Below, one piece after another: positions 58,701 through 64,000 of a stretch of DNA of 64,000 nucleotides. The stretch comes from Chloroflexota bacterium (GTDB lineage Bacteria; Chloroflexota; Limnocylindria; Limnocylindrales; CSP1-4), in contig JACCVQ010000133.1 of NCBI GenBank assembly GCA_013698095.1, forward strand, positions 2,596-66,595. Reading direction: 5' to 3'. A model generated the notes under the pieces. That model was given only the letters and a program-made list of their open reading frames with translations. It ran no database searches and was not told where the DNA came from. Position 1 is the first letter of the stretch. Every line of letters starts with the position of its first letter. The translations under genes were made by a program, and so were the position numbers.

Positions 58701-59170
58701 AAATCCGGCTCGAACTCGCGGCCGGCTGCGATCAGATGGGACAGGAACCCGATCCAGTCCCGGTCCTCCTCGTCGAGCCGATACCAGATCGTGCGCAGGC
58801 GGGTCCGCCGTGAGAAGTCGGCCAGGAGCGTGGTCTTGCCGTAGCCGGCGTCGGCGATGACGAAGATGACCCGGCTGTGGATCTTAACGTCGAGCCAGGC
58901 GAGGAGGCGTGTCCGCGCGAGCGTCTCGTCGCGCAGCCCCGGCGCCGCGATCTTGCCCGGTTGAATGGGATAGGACACGCCGCCCCCAGGGTCGGCACGG
59001 TCGCGGTCGGATGCCGCGATCGCCGCGCGGCCCGGGCCGACCGCGATTGGCGCACGCGTGGGTGCCTTCCCTCGTGAGCCGAGCGTGACCGGATCGAGCG
59101 GCGCGAACGATACGGATGCGGTTCGGGCCGTGTCAACGACGCGGACGGGCTGATCGGGCATGCAGCGCAT
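55742..59170 (-). CDS. large STAND-type regulator: MalT-like N-terminal ATPase + helical/TPR-like sensor region + C-terminal OmpR-type winged helix and BTAD (SARP-type) module
   Basis: The N-terminus is KIAAPGLRDETLARTRLLAWLD...VIFVIADAGYGKTTLLADF (Walker A). Further MalT-colinear blocks are LILDDFH (Walker B), TEGWAASLTLVQAAL, DYLAEEVVGDLP...FLMRTSIL and YHPLVREFLEERL. The C-terminus is RRKVLALLCFLASRP.FSATREEVMDAMWPD...AINSLNQSVYFLRR (wHTH) followed by a BTAD-like region, YREWLHVSYLRVIDRQVR...AIQLARRAVEVDPGNEDLALALLRLL. An alternative GTG start is at 58978. GC is lower than in the flanks. Confidence 0.8.
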   Translation of the reverse strand: MRCMPDQPVRVVDTARTASVSFAPLDPVTLGSRGKAPTRAPIAVGPGRAAIAASDRDRADPGGGVSYPIQPGKIAAPGLRDETLARTRLLAWLDVKIHSRVIFVIADAGYGKTTLLADFSRRTRLRTIWYRLDEEDRDWIGFLSHLIAAGREFEPDFAPRTASILRSLEPGGPTREDAIETFLEELPSITGDGAALILDDFHLADEVADIRQIAREIVAKGPERLSIVFASRRVPSVPVAKLRSLGELAEIGIADLRFSDIEMEQLFRETYGRPLEPDVLVELAKRTEGWAASLTLVQAALRERTPAETRAFVRGLSGARDELHDYLAEEVVGDLPTIQQQFLMRTSILQRVTPELAQVASGLSAVEVQSMIGDAERLGMLGRRANRRASEQRYHPLVREFLEERLTRDVGGTGVDALHVAVAAWAESSDWRTAAHHYASATRWLDLLRVLELHLERIVASGAFSAAADFVRMFPEAPRSAAIEVIASRQASVEGDIARVVEHALRATEIDPGNDAAKANLITGLLTSGRFADALTMTENFMASAKSDLLRQVAAATSALIRASVDMDLVLAEQAFTALAERSRREGLAHYEGVSLLNAGLTLRSQGAMDRALANASMAIDCLANSSSGSEWASACFLKASLIGYSGEMDTARALFVEAGRTLRHGARAEFLGEFADFETQVGDAQAAQRLIAEVDLTVTHSMAQALHLVRVGLAIRAGDLGGALTVLENLRPDSPSNYSGHVSRVRATAAVVATLQRSPEAANVAREALAFADRQNAGLWREVASICLAGTLDQLDGAVLGLPARLQFVLSIVTELLVMNLEKLSEASLDRVAEEAIRRPSRWLPALRVEISRAARPQVPAVARLLARVGSHEVVALLNSAAKDRRLSGTERHLGKVLARRLAPQVVIEDLARLSITVGTELVGGHEVRRKVLALLCFLASRPRFSATREEVMDAMWPDIEPSAAINSLNQSVYFLRRIFEPEYSEDTSAGYVHQDSDLIWLDSDLVDSRSQMCARLVARFERDPGPTIARQLSGNYAAKFALDFSYEEWSSDYREWLHVSYLRVIDRQVRSHVDARRLEEAIQLARRAVEVDPGNEDLALALLRLLRSSGAHSAAAEQYAYYSDLLKRELGLEAPPIESL

Positions 59171-59245
59171 GGTGCCGGTCGAGACTCACCGGCCGCTTAG
59201 CTGCGAGTCCATTGGCTCGTTGCCGCGGCGCCGCCTGCGGCTCGC

Positions 59246-60199
59246 CTACTCCGTCTCGTCGACCAGGAGCGGCCGGAGGATGAACGTGGAGAGCTTGCCG
59301 TCCGGGCCCTTGAGGACTGGCCCCTGGAGGCCGCCCGCGACATCGGTCAGCTTCAAGGCTGCGATCTCGTTTGCGGTCATCTCTCGGTGCGGAAACGCCG
59401 AACCGCCGGTGCCATCTCCGGGACCCTTCTTGAAGTCTGTCACCGCGATGGCCGGCCACGGCCAGGCGATCGGCTTGAGCTCGGGAGCCGGCTCACGCTC
59501 CAAGATCATGCCGCGGTATCGCTCGGGGACGTAGACATCGGAGTCGATCGTGCCGCCGCGGTCGAAGTCCTTCAGGCGCTGGGAAAGTTTGAAGAACGCC
59601 GCTCGGGCGACCTGGTCGGGACCAGGCTGCGGGATCTCGAACAGGGCGGCGACCTCGACGGTCTTGTCGAGGCCCCCGGCGCGAACGGTGAAGTAGGAGG
59701 TCGGCGCGTCCATGGTCGTGTCGTCGAGGTACTTGTCCCGCGCGCCACCGAGGCCACCGGCGCCCAGGGCAAAGTCGAGGAGCTCCTGGATCTGGTCCTC
59801 GGCGAGCTTGGCGGTGCGCCACGGGGCCGAGTGGACGACGCCGCCCGCATCCGGCTCGGGGAACGTCGCCACGATTCGTTTGAACACGATCACGCCGTCG
59901 CCGAAGAGGGTGAAATCGGGTGCCTGGCTCGCGTTGAACTCGATCGGGACGAACCCGCCGCCCTCTTCGAGCCGGAGGATCACGTCTGTTGATCCGGTCT
60001 TGTGGTCGATCTCGCCGACGCTGGCGCCCGGTGGGACGCTCGGGCCGGAGGTGGGCGGCGAACCGCTCGAACCGCTTGATCCGGGGGGGCTGCTGGGGGT
60101 CGGCGAGGCCGTCACGCCGCCGCACGCGGCGGCGACGATCGTGAGGACGACGAGAGCGACAGGCCGCGAGATGGGCAGGGCAAACGACAACTTCGGCAT
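59246..60199 (-). CDS. putative lipoprotein with Ser/Pro-rich linker (function unknown)
   Basis: ORF 59246..60253, with the second ATG (60199) preferred. It reads MPKLSFALPISRPVALVVLTIVAAACGG, a signal peptide plus lipobox, then TASPTPSSPPGSSGSSGSPPTSGPSVPPGAS, then a globular domain of about 260 aa. Confidence 0.62.
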   Translation of the reverse strand: MPKLSFALPISRPVALVVLTIVAAACGGVTASPTPSSPPGSSGSSGSPPTSGPSVPPGASVGEIDHKTGSTDVILRLEEGGGFVPIEFNASQAPDFTLFGDGVIVFKRIVATFPEPDAGGVVHSAPWRTAKLAEDQIQELLDFALGAGGLGGARDKYLDDTTMDAPTSYFTVRAGGLDKTVEVAALFEIPQPGPDQVARAAFFKLSQRLKDFDRGGTIDSDVYVPERYRGMILEREPAPELKPIAWPWPAIAVTDFKKGPGDGTGGSAFPHREMTANEIAALKLTDVAGGLQGPVLKGPDGKLSTFILRPLLVDETE

Positions 60200-60480
60200 G
60201 GCGCTCCTGACGCCGGTACCGGCGATCGAGTTCCCGTGACGAAGCTTCGGCATGGACCCGATCCTGCGATCGTCGTTGTCCGGCGGGCGCTGTCCGAAGC
60301 GGTCCGAGCTGATTTGCCGCTTGACACCACCGCTACTGTCCGTTCATGAGTCCGGGTCCGATCTCGGCTCGATCCACTTGGGCGTACCGAGCTGTCAGCC
60401 CATTTGGACCGACCCGAAATCGAGCGGGGGGCCGCGACCGTTGCCGGGGCGACCGCGTTCTACAGGAGGAACGGGCAAGC

Positions 60481-60786
60481 GTGTTCCAGGACCGGACTCT
60501 CACCTGCCGCGACTGCGCAGGTGAATTCACGTTTTCCAGCGGCGAGCAGACGTTCTTTGCGAGCAAGGGCCTGCTCAACGACCCCCAGCGATGCCCGGCC
60601 TGTCGGGCTGTCGCCAAGCGCGCCCGGACCGTCGGTGCCCCGCGCGAGTTCCATGCTGCGATCTGCGGCAGTTGCGCCGGTCAGGCGATGGTCCCGTTCG
60701 CTCCGCGCAACGACCGGCCCGTCTACTGCAGCACGTGCTTCGACAAGGTCAAGGCTGCGACCCAACCGGTGACCGTCACGGCTTGA
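60481..60786 (+). CDS. zinc-ribbon domain protein (two CxxC pairs, duplicated F-x-F...EQ.FF..KG motif)
   Basis: ORF 60346..60786 was trimmed to GTG 60481, preceded by AGGAGG. Contains LTCRDCAGEFTFSSGEQTFFASKGLLNDPQRCPACR, and a second half-site CGSCAGQAMVPF.PRNDRPVYCSTCF. Confidence 0.68.
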   Translation: MFQDRTLTCRDCAGEFTFSSGEQTFFASKGLLNDPQRCPACRAVAKRARTVGAPREFHAAICGSCAGQAMVPFAPRNDRPVYCSTCFDKVKAATQPVTVTA

Positions 60787-60821
60787 GCCATTCGCGCACT
60801 GCGCGCCCGTCACGGCCAGTG

Positions 60822-60848
60822 GAGGCCGGCCCGATCGGGGTCGGCCTC
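60822..60848 (+). terminator. GC-rich hairpin after the zinc-ribbon gene
   Basis: The arms gaggccggccc and ggggtcggcctc pair with one bulge, one G-U pair and the loop gatc. The hairpin lies 36 nt after the stop, and the downstream T content is weak. Confidence 0.35.
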
Positions 60849-60901
60849 ATCGATTCCAGGGCTAGACTCGTGACCTGAGCACGCAGGAGGAGATCGATCG
60901 C

Positions 60902-61105
60902 ATGGGCGTCATCATCATCCGCGAGATGGTCGGCCGGAGCCCGACCTCATGGAGCGACGCCGCCCGCCGGGCGGTCGAGACCGCGTCGAAGACGGTCCGC
61001 AACATCCAGACCATCGAGGTTGTTCGCTCGACCGCCGAGGTCCGCGACGGCGAGATCGTCGAGTACCGCGTCGACGTGAAAATCGGCTTCGAATACGAGG
61101 GTTAG
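60902..61105 (+). CDS. dodecin-family small flavin-binding protein
   Basis: The 67-aa product reads IIIREMVGRSPTSWSDAARRAVETASKTVRNIQTIEVVRSTAEVRDGEIVEYRVDVKIGFEY, which matches the dodecin consensus. An AGGAGGAG SD sequence lies upstream. Confidence 0.8.
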   Translation: MGVIIIREMVGRSPTSWSDAARRAVETASKTVRNIQTIEVVRSTAEVRDGEIVEYRVDVKIGFEYEG

Positions 61106-61140
61106 GGCCGATTGCATTCGTCGCTCGTTGAGTGCGATCC

Positions 61141-62496
61141 TTACCCGGCTTCGGCGTAGCGTTCGCCGGCGTAACTGACGAAGCGGGTCTGCTTCTTCTT
61201 GAACCAGAGCTGGATCTCGCCGGTTGGGCCGTTGCGGTGCTTGGCGAGCTTCAGGTTGATCACCTCGCCGTCCTGATCCTGGTCGTCGGCGCCGCGTTCC
61301 TTCTCGCGCCAGAGGAAGCAGACGAGATCGGCGTCCTGCTCGATGGCGCCCGATTCGCGAAGGTCCGACAACCGCGGCTCCTTCGACTCGCGCATCTCCG
61401 GCTGGCGGCTGAGCTGGGAAAGCGCGATGACGGGGACGCTCAGCTCGCGGGCGAGCGCCTTGAGGCCGCGTGAGATCTCCGACACCTCCTGGACGCGGTT
61501 GGCGTCGCGCGTGGTCGTGCTCGACTGCATCAGCTGGAGATAGTCGACGATGACGAGGTCGAGGCCGGCCTCGGCCTGAAGGCGGCGGGCCTTCGTGCGG
61601 AGCTCCATCGTGCTGATGTTCGGCGTGTCGTCGATATAGACCGGCGCCTCGGACAGGGAGTTCATGGCGGGTGCGATCCGGGCGAAGTCCATTTCCTCGA
61701 GAAAGCCGGTCCGGAGGCGCTGGCTGTCGATGTTGGCGACGCTCGAAAGCAGCCGCAGGACGAGCTGCTCCTTGCTCATCTCCAGACTGAAGATGCCGAC
61801 GCTCTTCTTCTCGCGAACGGCGGCGTGCTCGGCGATGTTCAGCGCGAAGCTCGTCTTGCCGACGCTCGGCCGGGCGGCGAGCACGATCAGGTCGCTCTTC
61901 TGGAGGCCCGCCGTGAGCGCATCGAGGTCCGTGAAGCCCGATCGGACGCCGCTGATCTCGCCGCGGTGGGCATGGAGGTAGTCGAGCCGGTCGTATGCCG
62001 AGTGAAGCAGCGAGTCCAGCTTCGAGAAGCCGACATCGATCCGCTTCTGGCTGACGGCAAAGAGCTCCGCCTCCGCGCGATCGATGGCCTCCTGGATCTC
62101 GGCCGGGTCCTCGTAGCCGATCCCCGCGATCCGGCCGGCTGCTCCGATCAGGCCGCGAAGGACCGCCTTGCGCTCGACAATTCGTGCGTACTGGACCGCG
62201 TGCACCGCGGTGGGCGTGGAGTTCGAGAGGCTCGACAGGTATGACCGACCGCCGATCGCGTCGAGCTCACCCGCCCGCTCGAGCGCCTCCGCGACGGTGA
62301 CGATGTCGATCGGCTCGCGCTTCTCGAACAGCTCGAGGACCGCTTCGAAGATCTTGCCGTTCGCCTGGCGATAGAAGTCTGTCGGCCGCAGGAACTCGGC
62401 AACCTCGACGACCGCGTCACGGTCGATGAGGATGGCGCCAAGCACCGATTGCTCGGCCTCGAGACTCTGGGGCGGCAGACGATCGATCACGGGCAC
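61141..62496 (-). CDS. dnaB: replicative DNA helicase
   Basis: Contains PPQSLEAEQSVLGAILID, GFTDLDALTAGLQKSDLIVLAARPSVGKTSFALN (Walker A), LVIVDYLQLM, and ALSQLSR...RPRLSDLRESGAIEQDADLV. GTG start, no intein. Confidence 0.95.
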   Translation of the reverse strand: MPVIDRLPPQSLEAEQSVLGAILIDRDAVVEVAEFLRPTDFYRQANGKIFEAVLELFEKREPIDIVTVAEALERAGELDAIGGRSYLSSLSNSTPTAVHAVQYARIVERKAVLRGLIGAAGRIAGIGYEDPAEIQEAIDRAEAELFAVSQKRIDVGFSKLDSLLHSAYDRLDYLHAHRGEISGVRSGFTDLDALTAGLQKSDLIVLAARPSVGKTSFALNIAEHAAVREKKSVGIFSLEMSKEQLVLRLLSSVANIDSQRLRTGFLEEMDFARIAPAMNSLSEAPVYIDDTPNISTMELRTKARRLQAEAGLDLVIVDYLQLMQSSTTTRDANRVQEVSEISRGLKALARELSVPVIALSQLSRQPEMRESKEPRLSDLRESGAIEQDADLVCFLWREKERGADDQDQDGEVINLKLAKHRNGPTGEIQLWFKKKQTRFVSYAGERYAEAG

Positions 62497-62751
62497 CTCG
62501 AAAAGTAATGGCTGGCTGTGTCACCTCCAGTGTCACGGCCAGCCCCGAGTGCCCTCTAGGGAGTTATCCCCCAAACCCATCCACGAAGTCGCCGGGAGCG
62601 TGGTTTCGTGTGGACGGACTGTGGGAAACAGGGCGACCTCAGGTGGCGTCAGCGCAAGGCGCCGACGAGCACGCGATCGAGGGCACCGCAGTGCCTGAGT
62701 GAGCGCGCGCAGGAGGCAACGCCGCGATGGGGCCGCATGAGGCCGTCCCGA

Positions 62752-63402
62752 TCAGTCGAGGCGGCGGATGACGCCGATCAGCTTCCCCTGGATCCGGACG
62801 TCGTCGTAGAACATCGGCGGATAGGCGGGGTTGGCCGGTTGCAGGCGGACGCGGTCCTTCTCCTTGAAGAAACGCTTGAGCGTGACCGCGTTCTCCTCGA
62901 CCTGGGCGACGACGATGTCGCCATTGCGGGCCGTGTTCTGCGGCCGGATCAGCACGAAGTCCCCATCCGCGATGTGCGCCTCGATCATCGAATCGCCGCG
63001 GACCTTGAGGACGTACGCGTCGCCCGAGGGAGCGAGCATGTCCGGGACGCCGATGGTTTCCGATGCGTCGGCGTAGGCCTCGATCGGACCGCCGGCGGCG
63101 ATCTCGCCGATCACCGGCAAAACGTGGGCTTCCATGGTCACCGACTGCGGCACGAGCTCCGCGGCCAGGCCGAGACGCATCGCTGCGAACGGCGTCAGGC
63201 GGATTGCCCGCGACTGTGCGGCACCGCGCTCGAGATAGCCGTCCCGCTCCAGGATCTGAAGGTGGTGGTGAACGGCAGACGTCGAAGCCAGCCCGACCGC
63301 CTTCGCGATCTCGCGGACGGACGGCGGGAAGCCCCGCGAGCGCAGGGTCGCTGCGATGAAATCGAGGATCCGGACCTTGCGGTCGGCATCGTGCTTGGTC
63401 AC
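62752..63402 (-). CDS. lexA: LexA repressor
   Basis: ORF 62752..63540 was trimmed to GTG 63402, preceded by AAGGAGG. Contains ILDFIAATLRSRGFPPSVREIAKAVGLASTSAVHHHLQILERDGYL, the cleavage site EIAAGGP, VRGDSM (catalytic Ser), and VTLKRF (catalytic Lys). Confidence 0.92.
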   Translation of the reverse strand: MTKHDADRKVRILDFIAATLRSRGFPPSVREIAKAVGLASTSAVHHHLQILERDGYLERGAAQSRAIRLTPFAAMRLGLAAELVPQSVTMEAHVLPVIGEIAAGGPIEAYADASETIGVPDMLAPSGDAYVLKVRGDSMIEAHIADGDFVLIRPQNTARNGDIVVAQVEENAVTLKRFFKEKDRVRLQPANPAYPPMFYDDVRIQGKLIGVIRRLD

Positions 63403-63429
63403 CTGCGCCTCCTTGTCGATGCATGATAC

Positions 63430-63443
63430 CGAACGGACGTTCG
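63430..63443. promoter_or_regulatory. candidate LexA operator (SOS box), CGAAC-N4-GTTCG palindrome
   Basis: cGAACggacGTTCg lies 28 nt upstream of the lexA start and 109 nt upstream of the divergent DUF1232 gene. It matches the Gram-positive/actinobacterial Cheo-type core GAAC-N4-GTTC. Confidence 0.6.
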
Positions 63444-63551
63444 ATGTCAAGGCGAGCGGGGCGGCCGATGCGGCCGAGGCTGATAGACTCCCGGTCCCCG
63501 ATGGCTCGGCAGTGCGCGTGCGCGTCCGCGTCGGTGGCAAGAAGGGATCGC

Positions 63552-64000
63552 ATGGCGCGCGAATCGAAGGGCAAGGACAGGAGTCGACGGTCGAGCACGC
63601 TCGGCCGGGCGCTCGGGCTGATGGCGTTCATGCCGCTGGCCAGCCGGGCGCCGCTGTACGCGCGACTGATGCTGGCCCTGATCCTCGACGAGCGGACGCC
63701 GGCGTCGCGCAAGGCGATGCTCGCCGGGGCGGCCGGCTACATGCTCGTCGGCCGCGATCTGGTCCCCGACGACATCCCGCTCCTGGGCGGCCTCGATGAC
63801 CTCGTCATCGTCGTCCTCGCCCTCGACTTGTTCCTCGACGGCGTCCCTCAGGATCTGATCGACGAAAAGCTCGTCGAGCTCGAGATCGATCGCACCGCTT
63901 TCAACGAGGACCTCGCCCGGATCCGGCGGTTGACGCCGGGCCCGGTTCGCAAGACGATCCGCCGGATCCCGGATCTGCTCGGCCAGGCCGGCGCAGCATT
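63552..64000 (+). CDS. DUF1232 (YkvA-like) membrane protein (3' end lies outside the window)
   Basis: Not in the ORF track because it has no stop in the window. From ATG 63552 it reads MARESKGKDRSRRSS...AGYMLVGRDLVPDDIPLLGGLDDLVIVVLALDLFL, the D-x-I-P-x-x-G-x-x-DD signature of DUF1232. Confidence 0.7.
   Translation, partial: MARESKGKDRSRRSSTLGRALGLMAFMPLASRAPLYARLMLALILDERTPASRKAMLAGAAGYMLVGRDLVPDDIPLLGGLDDLVIVVLALDLFLDGVPQDLIDEKLVELEIDRTAFNEDLARIRRLTPGPVRKTIRRIPDLLGQAGAA

Noticed and set aside
55742-59170. STAND NTPase as an antiphage Avs/AbiE-like defence protein
   Set aside because: No nuclease, protease, TIR, SIR2 or other effector domain is visible. The C-terminus is a DNA-binding wHTH plus BTAD and the N-terminus is colinear with MalT, so a transcription regulator is the better call.
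60329-60357. TTGACA hexamer followed 17 nt later by TCATGA upstream of the zinc-ribbon gene as a sigma-70 promoter
   Set aside because: The -10 candidate lacks the conserved A2 and T6 positions, and promoter consensus in this unidentified high-GC lineage is unknown, so this is too weak to call.
62510-62544. Hairpin ggctggc-N21-gccagcc with an internal tgtcac direct repeat, 14 nt upstream of the dnaB start
   Set aside because: It could be a 5'-UTR structure or the lexA terminator region, but the stem is short, there is no U-tract, and I recognise no known RNA family. The evidence is insufficient to annotate it.
1-64000. rRNA, tRNA, tmRNA, CRISPR, transposase or IS elements anywhere in the window
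   Set aside because: No cloverleaf-compatible segment, rRNA-like conserved tract, spacer-repeat array, inverted terminal repeats or DDE/serine/tyrosine recombinase motifs were found while reading both strands. The intergenic regions are short, mostly under 150 bp.

Overview
High-GC bacterial chromosomal segment with Actinobacteria- or Chloroflexi-like codon usage; the taxon cannot be fixed from this window. All family calls come from motifs read by eye in the translations, with no database searches. About 50 genes are called, and no rRNA, tRNA, CRISPR array, transposase or integrase was seen. (1) 1-1016: the 5' part of a cytoplasmic DegS-like histidine kinase on the minus strand, absent from the supplied ORF track. 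(2) 1.0-33.8 kb: a very dense envelope-glycan locus. It holds about 13 polytopic membrane proteins: ArnT/PMT-like GT-C enzymes, five GT87/DUF2029 paralogues, a Gpi18-like GT-C and two unclassified large membrane proteins. It also holds two GT2 polyprenyl-phosphate-sugar synthases, a GT4, a CelD-like GNAT, a PIG-L/LmbE deacetylase, an amine-oxidase-fold flavoprotein, a nucleotide-sugar dehydrogenase with an SDR, and two tandem fused membrane/spermidine-synthase-like proteins. (3) 33.9-48.0 kb: a nucleotide-sugar factory. It combines the complete CDP-3,6-dideoxyhexose set (rfbF, rfbG, rfbH and an FNR-only E3-like reductase) with a YerE-like ThDP enzyme, an SDR reductase and two methyltransferases. 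It also carries a SAF-less NeuB-like synthase, a KdsC-like phosphatase, further redox and isomerase enzymes, and a twice-frameshifted gmhA-like SIS gene. (4) 48.0-49.5 kb: a GtrA/GtrB-like pair of lower GC. (5) 49.5-60.2 kb: pcm, an acidic and Pro/Ser-rich repeat protein, a DUF5317-like/MFS fusion, a membrane HD-GYP protein, a possible 29-aa peptide gene, a MalT-type STAND ATPase with a C-terminal SARP-type wHTH+BTAD module, and a lipoprotein. (6) 60.4-64.0 kb: housekeeping genes, namely a zinc-ribbon protein, dodecin, dnaB, lexA with a GAAC-N4-GTTC box, and a divergent DUF1232 gene. Most adjacent genes in the glycan and sugar operons are joined by 1- or 4-nt start/stop overlaps. Many long ORFs in the track are antisense or N-terminally over-extended high-GC shadows and were trimmed or rejected. 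The best candidate for an undescribed system is the GT-C-rich lipid-linked glycan assembly locus. It has an LM/LAM- or GPI-like logic, embeds spermidine-synthase-like membrane proteins, and sits next to a hybrid branched-dideoxyhexose and ulosonic-acid precursor cluster.
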